NCBI RefSeq assembly: GCF_020745735.1
Contig: NC_083410.1
Coordinates: forward strand, 4,190,117 to 4,254,116
Source: Hemiscyllium ocellatum
Taxonomy: Eukaryota
DNA: 64,000 bases
Direction: 5' to 3'
The translations under genes were made by a program, and so were the position numbers. Below are positions 1 through 13,189 of the stretch, piece after piece. A model generated the notes under the pieces. It had not been told where the DNA came from. It was given only the letters and a program-made list of their open reading frames with translations, and did not search any database. Each line of letters starts with the position of its first letter. The stretch's first letter is position 1.

Positions 1-95
1 TCCAGTTTCTCAAACCCACATGCCTTGCACCAAATTCCAAAACTCTGTCCCACCCAATTCCTCTATCCCCCCAGACTAAGGATATATTGGCTGTG

Positions 96-1261
96 CTGAA
101 AATGTGTTGCTGGTTAAAGCACAGCAGGTTAGGCAGCATCCAAGGAACAGGAAATTCGACGTTTCGGGCCAGAGCCCTTCATCAGGAATGAGGAGAGGGT
201 GCCAGGCAGGCTAAGATAAAAAGGTAGGGAGGAGGGACTTGGGGGAGGGGCGATGGAGATGTGATAGGTGGAAGGAGGTCAAGGTGAGGGTGATAGGCCG
301 GAGTGTGTGGGACGGAGAGGTCAGGAAGAGGATTGCTGGTTAGGAGGGCGGTGCTGAGTTCAAGGGAATCGACTGAGACAAGGTGGGGGGAGGGGAAATG
401 AGGAAACTGGAGAAATCTGAGTTCATCCCTTGTAGTTGAAGGGTTCCCAGGCGGAAGATGAGGTGCTCTTCCTCCAACCGTCATGTTGTTATGTTCTGGC
501 GATGGAGGAGTCCAAGGACCTGCATGTCTTCGGTGGAGTGGGAGGGAGAGTTAAAGTGTGAGCCACGGGGTGGTTGGGTTGGTTGGTCCGGGCGTCCCAG
601 AGGTGTTCCCTGAAGCGTTCTGCAAGTAGGCGGCCCGTCTCCCCAATATAGAGGAGTCCTGAAGCGTGCTGCAAGGGAGGCGGGCCGCCTACTTGCAGAA
701 CGCTTCAGGGAACACCTCTGGGACGCCCGGACCAACCAACCCAACCACCCCGTGGCTCACACTTTAACTCCCCCTCCCACTCCACCGAAGACATGCAGGT
801 CCTTGGACTCCTCCATCGCCAGAACATAACAACATGACGGTTGGAGGAAGAGCGCCTCATCTTCCGCCTGGGAACCTTCCAACCACAAGGGATGAACTCG
901 GATTTCTCCAGTTTCCTCATTTCCCCTCCCCCCCACCTTGTCTCAGTCGATTCCCTTGAACTCAGCACCGCCCTCCTAACCTGCAATCCTCTTCCTGACC
1001 TCTCCACCCCACCCCACTCCGGCCTATCACCCTCACCTTGACCTCCTTCCACCTATCACATCTCCATCGCCCCTCCCCCAACTCCCTCCTCCCTACCTTT
1101 TACCTTAGCCTGCCTGGCACCCTCTCCTCATTCCTGATGAAGGTCTCTGGCCCGAAACGTCGAATTTCCTGTTCCTTGGATGCTGCCTAACCTGCTGTGC
1201 TTTAACCAGCAACACATTTTCAGCTCTGATCTCCAGCATCTGCAGACCTCACTTTTTACTC
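96..1261. mobile_element. Penelope-like retroelement (GIY-YIG end) as a head-to-head inverted pair
   Basis: ORFs LLYIGETGRLLAERFREHLWD..HFNSPSHS..EEERLIFRLGTFQPQGMNSDF (PLE GIY-YIG); about 96-640 is the reverse complement of about 685-1225; 15-bp direct repeat GATATATTGGCTGTG at 81-95 and 1262-1276. Confidence 0.9.
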
Positions 1262-1499
1262 GATATATTGGCTGTGATCTTCAATTACAATGGAAGTGGG
1301 CATTTTGATCAAATTTCCTCTCAGCTTTTCCTTCTCCAAGGAGAACAGCTCCAACCACTTTGATTATGGTCTCAGTTGATGTTAGTATTGATCACAGATG
1401 GAAATTGGGCTTGGATTCTTTATTGTATAAAACTTTGTGGCCAATTTGTCTCTCTTTGTCTTCCGAAACAAAGTTTTTTTTAAAAAAAAAACACAAGTT

Positions 1500-2600
1500 G
1501 GTTAATGACCTCAAGAATAACTTATTCATTTTGAGCAAGAGAAATACTGAAAGCAAGAACAAAATGTGATAAGCAATGACATTTCAGTTTGGGATTAAAC
1601 CATACCTCACTAATCTCAAACATACATTCATTTACAGACAAGGCAACATGGCTCTGCAGAAATAGTTTGGGCTGTTTTTAAACAAAACATCTTAAAGAAA
1701 GACCGTTCCAGTGGGACAAAGAAATCCATAAGGGGGAATGTGCTAGCTTCTCAGAGTTCCTGTAATTTCTTGTCAATGATGCTGATTCCTGAAAGTTATA
1801 CATTGATGGGAGATCGTCAGACCATATTTCAGATTCCAATGGGAAATAGTTTGAAACCTTGATATTGGAAACTTTACCTTTAAATATCCTTCATGAAGGG
1901 ACCTTCACAGCTTTGTCTTTATCTTTTACTGACTGAGAGGGAGAAACTGTACAGCTGGTCCCGCTTGAAGTTTTCTCTTTTTATCAGAAGAGAAGGGTCT
2001 GTTTTATTGCTTTTGGTCAGCTGAACAATTTTGGTTCAGTTGCTGTCCTTTCAGTCTGTGAAAACACACAGTAACGGAAGGTCAGAAACTGTTGCTAGGC
2101 TGCATTCAGAACCAGTAGGAGAAAGTGAGGACTGCAGATGCTGAAGCTCAGAGTCGAGAGTGTGGTACTGGAAAAGCACGGCAGGTCAGGCAGCATCCAA
2201 GGAATAGGAGAATCAATGTTTTGGACATAATTCCTGATGAAGGCTAGTGCCCGAAACGTTGATTTTCCTGCTCCTCAATGCTGCCTGATCTGCTGTGCTT
2301 TTCCAGCAACACACTCAACTGCATTCAAAAACTGACAGTTCAGAGAATGTGATAAACCCATTTCTTATCTGTTCTTAACATCCTCAAATGATTCAAAATT
2401 AATTTGAAATTTATAAACTACAACATATTGATCTTTCAGATTCAAGTGATCATGTGATAAATGGTCTTCAGCCAAGAAAAGGCCAAGCAGTTCCAGATTC
2501 CAGTTTCTCATAGTCCATACATTTTCATGTTGTTCCGCTACGGGTTTCTGTTCAGTGTTCTCTTTTGACACAGAATTCTAAAGGGCAGTTCTTATAAAGT
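1500..2600. repeat. Interspersed repeat, possibly LTR-derived, with a short Penelope fragment at about 2120-2330
   Basis: 1570-1700 matches 54250-54400 in inverted orientation; class not determined and boundaries approximate. Confidence 0.4.
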
Positions 2601-3462
2601 TGATACTTTCTTTCAACTAAGGAATATCCTTCCACCTCTGTCTGCTCCTGCACATCTGTTAGAATTGCAATTTTAAATAAAATTGTCTGCACTGCTCTTA
2701 TTTCTTCATCCAATAGAGTATCCTCACATCTCTCTGCATTACATCTGACCTGCTATTGACTGACCACTCTCCCCTAATGTGACAAGTAGAAGAAAAAACC
2801 CCAGGAATTACCTGAGCCAGGATGGGGTCTGAAACCAGGCTGTCAGCAACATTCAACACAAAGATCTAGGTAACTCCGACCTCTTCCCTACTCAGGTTGT
2901 CTGGATGGCTGGAGTATAATGTAGAATAATGACAACATCCCAGCTTCAATCCCAGTCTCAGCTGTGGAAGTCATGGAGAGCAAGCCCCTCCCCTTACCCC
3001 ATTATCGATGTGGAGTGGTTCCTTTTAACCTGGATTGAACCAATCGGCTCTGGAATGGAGAGAGATGTGTGTGACCCTTTGTTGCTCTATGGTTCATTCC
3101 CAATCCCTGGGAGATTTCCCCTGCAGATCTTGCACCTCACAGAGCAATCTCCCTGACTTTGCACATCCAGCCCGATGGCACTGACACTCCTGTGAGTCAA
3201 ATGGAATTAATATCACTCGTTCTCCAGGATAAAGCTCCACATTTCCCACAAAACCCTTCTCCCGTTGTCACAAAACATCACCTTCCCACCATCCGCTGCC
3301 CAGCAACATTGAACCTCAGCTCAGCTTCCTCCCCTCAGTGAATCCATCCCCGAGATCACTCTCCATCACCTCCTCAACCTTCCTGATCACAAAGTGACCT
3401 CCAATTCATTCACTGGTCAAGAGGTTAATACTGGAGGTGATTGTTGTGTAAACTCTACTTAC

Positions 3463-3804
3463 TGTCTACAATGAGCAGGCTTCCTCCACCAAGGACACTT
3501 CCCCAGACTGAGCAGTAATAGGCTCCATTGTCACTGGGCTGCACATTTGTGATGGTCAGAATGAAGTTGCTACCGGAGGAGTCTCTGGAAGACTGGAATC
3601 GCTCAGTGAACCCTGAGTACCGCTGTACGTAATTCAATGTAGAATGTCTCAAAATCCACTCTCTCCTTCCTGCTTGCTCCCGGTACCAGTAAACATCGGT
3701 GTTTGTCACTGCAGCATTCCTCATGGTGCACTGTAACTGGACAGTGTGACCCTCAGTGACACGTTCCAGGATCGGAGACTGGAGAAGGACTGGGGCGTTT
3801 GCAC
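3463..3804 (-). CDS. V1: germline-joined VJ-type Ig variable-domain exon (intact)
   Basis: ttttgaag|GT GCA acceptor, GAC A|gtaagt donor, 342 nt, phase 1-1; ANAPVLLQSP..VQLQC..VYWYREQ..GFTERFQSSRD..FILTITNVQPSDNGAYYCSVWGSVLGGGSLLIVD has B-strand Cys, C-strand Trp, DxxxYYC and GxG G-strand. Confidence 0.9.
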
Positions 3805-6429
3805 CTTCAAAATAAAAAAAACAATAAACAAATCGCAGTCTGATATTTCTAAACTTCCGCGAGGAATTAAAGGGACTGTCCCAGCATTAAAGAGAGGGAA
3901 CAGGTTGTCAGATTGAACCAGTTGTAATGGTTTGTTCCTGATTGATATCCTGACTATCAGTCACTGTGTGCTGAGAACAGCAATACAGATGTTGCTATAA
4001 CAGTGACATGTTGAGCTCACACTGTTGAACCGCTGTCTGACACAAGCTGACTTGCCACACACTGCAATCCTCTTCCCTGGATGATTCATAGTGGGAAAGG
4101 CTTCCTGACAATCCACAGCAGATGTGAGGATTGGAACTGGGAAGGGTCTGCTGCAATAGAAAAGGCAGCCAGGCAGCATTTAAAGGGACAGATTTCCCCA
4201 ACGATCAACAGAGATACAGTCTCTCCAGCCTCAGCAAATAAACAGGAAGAGGCAAACAAATTCCACCAAAAGACAACAGAGCCAAGTAGTGACTGATTAA
4301 TGATTGATTCAGGAAGAGAAAGCAATGCAACAGAGTAAGCTTGAGGGGAACATACAAACTGACTGTAAAGGTTTCTGTTGGAATGTGACGAGAAAAAGAT
4401 TGTGGGGGTGCCAGTGTTAGACTGGGGTGCACAATGTCAAAAGTCACACACAACACCAAGTTCCAGTCCAACGGGTCTACTTGAAATAACTAGCTTTCAG
4501 TGCACTGGTCCTTTACCTTCAGGTGAAGAACTTGTGACCTATTGGACAATAACCTGGAATCGTGTTACTTCTGATGATGAGAAAAAAATTAGTGAAGATA
4601 AATGTCAATCTCTTACAGTCAGGAACAGAGGGATTTGGCTTTGTGTTCACAAAGAAGGATGTAAAGTACATTCCAGAAACAATGAGGTGTGCAGGCTTTA
4701 GTGAGAGGGAGGAAATTAAAGAAATCAAAATTGGTCAAGAAATGGCATTGGTGAAATTGATGAGATGGAAGGCCGATAAATCCCCAGGGTTTAGTAATCC
4801 CAGAACACTTAAGAAAGTCGCCCTGGAAATAATGGATGCATCGGTGGTCATCTTCCAAGATTCTACAGTCTCTGGAACATTCCCTATAGATTAGGGGATA
4901 GTGAATGAAACCCCACTATTTAAGAAGAGAGGTAGAGTGAAAACAGGGATGCTGGTGTAGATTCAGTGTCAACAATCATTCTTCATGATATTCCTCTCAG
5001 GTACAGAGAGCAAGTGGGGAAGGATACCCCATGAACTCTTTGGCAGAATAGTGGCTCGGCCTTGATAAACAGAGTTGGTTTATGACATCATACTGAACAG
5101 TGAGTTACATTCCATCTGAGTGACATGAGAGTCTCTGGGAGACCTCAGGCTGGACTTAAAAGGACAAGTTACTGTTTCACAATAAAGACCATCCCACTGA
5201 ACTAAGAACTTAGAATTGGTTAGCTTCTCTCAGGAACTGTCCTTTCTATCTTGATGGTGGAGCTTATCTTGTGATGTGAGTTAACCCTTTCAGGTTCCAA
5301 CTATCTCACAGGACAATTTCCACTAGGTAATGAGAAACAGCTTTCATTCAGCAAAGTACAGAAGATGAAACATAAACGACAGTTAACCCTTGTACAGACA
5401 GCTGGAGCTATTGTGGACAGGGTTTACTGGAATGGGAAATGAAACCCTCACCTCTCTCTGTTGTTGCCTTGTCATAACCATTCAATGAATGTGAAGAAAC
5501 ACAAGACAGACAAAAAGACAGCCTCAGGATTCGAACAATGAGAGAGAGAAAACAGGAACAGATTCACAGACAGCAGAAGAACCGTTTCCTGTCGTGGAAG
5601 ATGAAATTATGAAATTCGAAGCTGAGCTAAAACGTGATGGAGCAGACAGAACCAAACTAACAGGAAATGGATGAGGCAGCAGTTCCCACAAACAGATTCA
5701 GAAATCTGGAGCTCGGAAACAGAAGGCAAATAAAAGCAAGGCCAGCACTTCACAGAAAGGTGAATGTACTATGGGAACATCTATTGTCTCATCCATGTCC
5801 CTAATCTCTATGAAAGGAATTCATTGTTTGACCTCTAATCCATCCCATTGATTCTTTGATTAAAGAAATAACTGCAGATACTGGAGATCTGAAACATAAA
5901 CAGAAATTGCTGGAAAACCTTTACAGGTCTGGCAGCATCTGTGGGAAAAAAAAGAGTTGACATTTCGAGTCTGATGACTCTTTATCAGAACCCCAGCATT
6001 TTCTGCTTTTGTCCAGTGATTCTTTGACTGTCCCTCAAACACTGACAATAAAATCAATGAATAGTTCATTAACTGGATTTTAAGAAACCTTTAAAGAAGG
6101 AAAGAGAGTTTGCGAGATGCAGAGGTTGAAAGATTCAATTCCAGAGAACAGTGATCAGAAAAATAAAGGTACAACAACAATACTTTAATCTGCAAAGCCA
6201 TAAACACTGGAGACAATCTCTACTCCATCTGATATTTATTCGCAGATTTAGACCTTAGAAGCGTACATCTCCTAACTCTACTACACCACATTTTGTCCCT
6301 GTAGATACTCTGATGGGAAACATTGGTCCATGTCCATGAATCACAACCAATCCATTACAAAGAATAATGATGGAGAGATAGTAAATCAGGAATGATCAAG
6401 AAGCATCCATTCAATCAGCAGAGAGATCT

Positions 6430-6935
6430 CCGAAGGTGGGGCTGCTGGATGAGTGATGTTGGGCGTGGTGTGGGGATGATGGGTGAGTGATGGTGCAGGT
6501 GGGGCGGGGATGATGGGTGAGTGATGATGGGGGTGAGGTGGGACTGATGGTGAGTGATGATGGGAGTGGAGATGGGGATCATGGATGAGTGATGTTGGGG
6601 GTAGGAATGATGGATGAGTGATGATGGGGGTGGGGTGGGGTTGATGGGTGAGTGATGATGGGGGTGGGGTGGGGATGATGGGTGAGTGATGATGGGATGT
6701 AGGTGGGGATGATGGGTGAGTGATGATGGGGGCGTGGTGGAGTCAATGGGTGAGTGATGATGGGGGTGGGGTGGGGTTGATGGGTGGGTGATGATAGGAG
6801 TAGGGTGGGGATGGTGGGTGAGTGATAATGGGATAGGTGGGGACGATGGGTGATTGATGATGGGGGTGGGGTGATGAGTGAGTGATGATGGGGGGGTATG
6901 ATGGGTGAGTGATGATGGGGAAGGTGTGGGGCCGG
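6430..6935. repeat. G-rich minisatellite, unit about 33 bp (GATGATGGGTGAGTGATGATGGGGGTGGGGTGGG)
   Basis: Directly visible tandem array; explains the His/Pro-rich ORFs on the minus strand. Confidence 0.9.
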
Positions 6936-7149
6936 TGTGTGAACAGGATTGACACACTGTACAACCTGGCTTTTCCATGACACCACACTAAGCCTGAGCT
7001 GCTGCAATTATCTGGCAGTTATCAGGTTCCTGCAAGCTGTGTGGGCAAGAGTGCAGTCTGTAGGGAGAATTAGCAAACTGACCATGATACCTTGGGGCTG
7101 GGTGTGTTTCAAGTGGGGATAGGAAATAGCAATGTCATTGTGGGAGGAT

Positions 7150-10100
7150 GCAGTGTAATGGGGGAGTGTAGGTCCTGCTCCCTACAGACATGGGCATTGT
7201 TCCCAAAGGATATGCTGTCTTCCCACAGCCTGGGGAGAGGATATCTCCTCAGGGCTGGAGAAGAACCTTAAAAGGGAGGAGCAAGATCAGGTCATCGTTG
7301 TCCATGTTGGGACCAATGACACTGGGAACACAAGAAAGAAGGTTTCACTGAAAGACTTTGAACAGTTTGGAGCTAAATTATAACACAGAATCTCCAAGGT
7401 AAGAATTCTTGGATTACTGCCTGAGCTGCAGGGAAACTGGCACTGGGTAAATACATCAAGCATTTCAGTATGTGACTCAGAGTTTGGTCTGGATGAAATG
7501 GGTCACTGGCACCAGTACTGGGATAAACGGGATGGGCTTCACTTGAACCATGCTGGGACCAGTATCCTGGTGAATCAAATAACTAGGCCTATAGAGAGAG
7601 CTATAAATTAATTAGAAGGGAGCAATGTTTGGGAGAAAGGATCCAGAGGCTGTCAAAGCAAGAGGAGACAGCAGTATTATAGGGTAGCTGTTTGCACAAC
7701 TTTAACTAGAGTGGGACAGGATCAGACAGAGGATGCAAACACAGAAAAACAGAAGTGAATGAGGTCACCAGGGGAAATAATGTTCAGGGCTCTTGAATGC
7801 ACAGAGTATTCAGGACAAAATAACTTAAATAACGGTTTATAGGTTAGCGTTAATTTGTAAAGAAGATTCAGATTAGGCATAAAATGTTCACTCTGTTTCT
7901 CTCACTACAGATACTGCCAGGCCTGCTGAGTTCCTCCAACATTCTCCATGTTTGCTTCAGGTTTCCATCATCTGCAGTATTTGGCCTTTTGTCAAAGAGG
8001 AAGCAGTGGATGTAATATCGAGGGATTTTCAGTCAGTATTTGATAAAGTCTCACACATTAGGCTAGTAAAAAGAGCCCATGGTGTTGACAGTAGTCTACA
8101 GGAATGGATAGAAAATTAGCTTAGAAAAAGAAGACAGAGAGTGAGGATAAGGGGGACATTTTCAGGATGGTAACCTGCAGCTACTGGAGTGTCACAGGAA
8201 TCAGTGCTGGGGCCAGAATTACTTACTGTATTTATTTATGTTTTGGATGAGGAATGTGAATGTATTGTCACCAAGTATGTGGATAACACAACAATAGGTG
8301 GGAATGTAAGTAATGACAAAGAGTCTGCCCAGGGATGTTGACACTGGAAGTGAGGAAGCAAAAACTTGGCAGATGGAGTATAATGTGAAGAAATGTGATC
8401 CATACACTTTGTCTGGAAGAACAGAGGAGCTGAATATTATTGAAATAGGAAAGACTGCAGAAAGCTTCAGAATGGAAGGATTTGGGAGTCCTCATTCATG
8501 AATCACAAAATATTACCATCAACTTTCTGTTGGTGAGAAGGAAGGCAAATGGAGAGTAGGCCTTTATTTCAAAATCTGGATTAGTGGTGCTGGGAAAGCA
8601 CAGCAGTTCAGGCAGCATCCGAGGAGCAGAAAATCGACGTTTTGGGCAATACAGGCAGAGTGCCTGAAGGGTGGAGAGATAAATGAGAGGAGGGTGGGGG
8701 TGGGGGTGGGGAGAAAGTAGCATAGAGTACAATAGATGAGTGGGGGTGGGGATTAAAGTGATAGGTCAGGGAGGAGGGTGGGGGAAGGTAGCAAAGAGTA
8801 CAAGGTGGATGGGGATGGGATGAAGGTGATAGGTCAGAGAGGAGGGTGAAGTGGATAGGTGGAAAAGAAAATAGGCAGGTAGGACAGGTCATGGGGACAG
8901 TGCTGAGCTGGAAGTTTGGAACTGGGCTGAGGTGGGGGAAGGGAAAATGAGGAAACTGGTGAAGTCCACATTGATGCCCTGGGGTTGAAGTGTTCCGAGG
9001 TGGAAGAGGAAGTGTTCTTCCTCCAGGCGTCGGGTGGTGAGGGAGCGACGGTGAAGGAGGCCCAGGACCTCCATGTCCTCGGCAGAGTGGGAGGGGGAGT
9101 TGAAGTGTTGGGCCACAGGGCGGTGTGGTTGATTGGTGCGGGTGTCCCAGAGATGTTCCCTAAAGCGCTGTGCTAGGAGGCATCCAGTCTCCCCAATGTA
9201 GAGGAGACTGCATCGGGAGCAACGGATACAATAAATTATATTGTTGGTTGTGCATGTTAAACTTTGATGGATGTGGAAGGCTCCTTTAGGCCTTGGATGG
9301 AATGCGTTGGAGGGCATCTTTAACCACTTTGTTCCCAAACTGGACTTCACCAGTTTCCTCAATTCCCCTTCCCCCACTTCAGCCCAGTTCTAGACTTCCA
9401 GCTCAGCACTGTCCCCATGACCTGTCCTATTGCCTATCTTCTTTTCCACCTATCCACTCCACCCTCCTCTCTGACCTATCACCCTCATCCCATCCCCATC
9501 CACCCATTATACTTTATGCTACTTTCTCCCCACCCCCACCCTCCTCTCATTTATCTCTCCACCCTTCAGTCACTCTGACTGTATTCCTGATACAGGGCTT
9601 TTGCCCGAAACGTTGATTTTCCTGCTCCTCGATGCTTCCTGAACTGCTGTGCTTTTCCAGCACCACTAATCCAGAATCTGGTTTCCAGCATCTGCAGTCA
9701 TTGTTTTTACCTTTATTTCAAAGAAAATGGAGAATAAAATTATGAAGGTTTTGCCCAAACTGTACAAACCCCTAGTTAGACCACAACTGGAATAATGTGG
9801 AACAGTTCTTGTTCCTTATCTGAGGAAAGATGTCCTGGTATTGGAGGCTGTCTGGAGAACGATCACTGGGCTGGTAGCTGGTATGGAGGGACTGTCTTAT
9901 GAGGAGAGGTTATCTTGATTGAGCTTGTTCTCACTGAAATATTGAAAAAATGTGAGGCAACAGTATTGAAACATAAAAGATTCCCTGAGGACTTGAGAGG
10001 CAAAAAAAAAATTTCCACTGTTAGAGAGTCTGGGAGCAGTGGACAGAATCTCAGAATAAGGGGATGTATACTGAAGGTAGAGAGGAGAAAGAATTTCCTC

Positions 10101-10240
10101 ACTGAGAAGGGAACTCCACCACATGGGGGTACTGAGGCTGCACCATTCAGTTTGATGAAGTTGAGAAAGACAGATTTTTAAACAGAATGTAAATCTAGAG
10201 ATACAGGGAAAGGACAGGAAAGTCAAATTGGGGATTATCA
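7150..10240 (+). mobile_element. Degenerate CR1 LINE fragments (ORF1 esterase-like and ORF2 3' part), interrupted by a Penelope insertion
   Basis: VHVGTND-like ORF1 motif near 7300; WQMEYNV and LVRPQLEY-like RT C-terminal motifs; homologous to 51850-52570. Confidence 0.75.
8574..9709. mobile_element. Penelope-like element with inverted termini and 13-bp TSD
   Basis: GIY-YIG ORF NIIYCIRCSRCSLLYIGETG..REHLWD (8889-9377, minus); TSD CCTTTATTTCAAA at 8561-8573 and 9710-9722; empty site in paralog near 52025. Confidence 0.9.
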
Positions 10241-10379
10241 GAGCAGAAAATGTGTTGCTGGAAAAGCACAGCAGGTCAGGCAGCATCCAAAGAACAGGAG
10301 ATTCGACGTTTCGGGCATAAGTTCTTCTTGTGCTTTTATATTCCAACCCTCCAACCTTGCACTTTTCTGCATGAAACTC

Positions 10380-11790
10380 CATTTGCCACCTCTCAGCCCA
10401 GCTCTGCAGCTAATCTATGTCCATTTTTAACCTACAACAGCGTTTGACACGATCCACAATTCGACTGACCTAAGTGTCATACACCAATTTACTAACCCAT
10501 CCTTCTAAACTCTCTTCCAGGTCATTCATAAACATGGCAAACAGCAGTGGTCCCAACACAGATCCTTGCAGTACATCACTAGTAAATGAACTCCAGAATG
10601 AACATTTCCTATTAACCACCACCCTCTTTCTTCTTTAAGCTAGCCAATTTCTGAACTAAATCACCCTCAATCCCATGCCTCCGTATTTTAGGCAATAGCC
10701 AACTGTGGGTACCTTACAAAAGCCTTACTGAAATCTATGTGCACCAGATCAATGGCTTTAACCTCATCCACCTGATTAGTCACCTTCTCAAAGAACTCAA
10801 TAAGGTTTGTAAGCACTACCTACCCTTCACAAAATCATGTTGACTATCCCAAATCAACTTATTCCTCTCTAGATGATTATAAATCCTATCTTTTATAACC
10901 TTTACCAACAATTCCAGAAAGGCTGTCATGTCTACAATGACAAGGGTTGTCTCTACTCCCATTCTTGAACAAGGGGAGAATTTTTGCTATCCTTCAGTCA
11001 TCAGGCACTATTCCTGTAGACAATGACGACATAAAGATCAAAGCCAAAGACTTGGCAATCTCCTCTCTGGCTTCCTAGAGATTCCTAGGATAAATCCCAT
11101 TCAGCCCAGGGAACTTATCTATTTTCACATTTTCCAGAATTGCTAACAACTCCTCCTTGTGAACCTCAATCCCATCGCGACTAATAGCCTGTATCTCAGT
11201 ATTTTCCTCAACAACATTGTCTTTTTCTAGTGTGAATACAGACGAAAAATATTCATTTAGCTCTTCTCCTATCTCCTCTGGCTCCATGCGGAACTTCCCA
11301 CTGCTATCCTTGATCTTACTCCAGTCATTCTTTTATTCCTGACATACTTATAGAAAGCCTCAAGGGTTTTCCTTGATCCTATCCACCAATGACGTCTCGC
11401 TTCCCTTCCTGGTGCTTCTTAGCTCTCTGTTTTGATCTTTCCTGGCTAACTTGTAGCTCTGTTAGTTCACTGGCTTTTCCTAACCACCTTTCTTAAACAC
11501 TGGTACTACATTCCAGCACCTCACTCATGGCTCTTGATGATGCAAATATCACAGCAAAGGGCCCAACAATTACTTTCTTTGCTTCCTCCAAAGTTCTGGG
11601 GTATACCTGATCAGATTCAAAGGATTTATCCAACATTCTGCATTTTGAGATTTTCAGCACCTCCTCTTCTGTCGTTCAGACACTTTTTAAGATTTCACGA
11701 GTTGTTTACCCAAGTTCTCCAGTTTCCATATTCTTCTCCACGTTAAGTATTGATGTGAAATATTTGTATATTATCTCACCCATTTCCTGC
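10380..11790 (-). mobile_element. CR1 LINE ORF2 fragments
   Basis: EEIGEELNEYFSSVFT..KIDKFPGLNGIYPR and RT-type nucleotide motifs. Confidence 0.8.
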
Positions 11791-12796
11791 GGTTCAAGTA
11801 AACGTTCTGCGAGAGCCAATGCTGAAACAATGTGGCCAATGGCTTCCTTCTTCATCAGAACATTCCTGTGACTGTGGTAACAGTGAGTTTCCACTCTGCG
11901 CAGCAAATATTGCTTCCCCTTTTCTGTTTCCTGGACTCAGTTTGCAGCTGGTGTTCAGGAAAGGCAACCCCTATCTCAGGCAAATTGTCCAAGACAGATG
12001 AGTGTGGCACCATGGCAACAGATCATCTGGCAGGAGGGACTACACACAGCAGCAACAGAGAGAAGATTGCACTCTGTCTTTGTTTCCATCAGATGTTGCG
12101 TGGAGTCTCAGGATTCCAGTTTGAAGATTTAAAAATCATAAAACACAATGTGAAAAAGAGCAGGAGATACTCTCCGTCTCCTGACCATCAACGTCCTTCC
12201 TTCAATTAACACCATCACACAAAACATGAGCTGGCATTCAGCACATTCACCTTCAGAAATGTTCCCACTTTGGAGCAGACCCAGGATTCGGTGCTGTCAC
12301 AGATACTGAACTTCAAACTGGTTCACAGTTTGTGAACTCCTGGAGATGTTTTAAGGGAACTAATTAAATATTATTGATTATAGAGAACTGATGTGAGTGT
12401 CAGCATGAGTCCATTGATGAAACTCACTCTGAATCACAAAGCTGTAAGTTCACCAGTCTTTCAAAACCACCCCAGCAAGAACCAGTTAACACACAGACTA
12501 ATCCAACCTACCCAAAATACACACTGTAATGTGCAACCCTGTCCCTCAGTTCCATCCTCATGGTCAATGAATGACAGAAAAAGATGGGAGGAACTCTCCA
12601 TTTTCTGGTCTGTGTTCCCAGCCTGTGGAGCTCTGTGTCAGCTGCACCAAACAACCTCCAGACAGTGATAAATTCTCCTTGTGACACTCCCCTCCAGTTT
12701 TCAATGTTCAAACTTATAGAATTCACACAAATGTTACAGCAGCACCATGGAAAGTTATTTTACAACAAGTTAAACTTCTCCAAAGCAAACACTTAC

Positions 12797-12848
12797 CCAA
12801 AGTAACACAGAGGGACAGGGTCACAGCAAATAGAGTTCCACTGATCAT
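12797..12848 (-). CDS. Signal-peptide (leader) exon L1, MISGTLFAVTLSLCVTL(G)
   Basis: ATG, 17 mostly hydrophobic codons, then G|gtaagt (52 nt, phase 1); near-identical inverted paralog at 24654-24705. Confidence 0.75.
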
Positions 12849-13189
12849 CTCAACAGAGTGACAACTTTGTTTATCCAGTTTATGACACATCCAGTTAAGA
12901 CATCAAAAGACAAAGTTTCCCAGATTCTTTAATCTCTCATTTCTCAGGGGTTAAAGAAGTTAAAGTGTCAGTAAAGGAGAAGCAGTGACAGTAAGCCAAC
13001 AGCTGCTCTCTTCTGAGGGACGATATGACTGGCTAAATTTTCTCATGACTCAGTGAGTTTTATTTCAACAGTGGTACTAATTATTTATTCAGTGCAAGTT
13101 CCTCATGCTCATTCACTTAAACCATGAGAATTCACACATTTACTGCAACCTTGTGAATGGCTGTGGAAGATACTTCAAACATTCCATTA

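Noticed and set aside
3962-3968. CACAGTG heptamer near V1 (also at about 23530-23555)
   Set aside because: No nonamer at 12- or 23-bp spacing and wrong side of the exon; the 23.5-kb copies are part of a SINE head
6415-7007. His/Pro-rich ORFs of 142-187 aa
   Set aside because: Translations of the minisatellite, open in several frames
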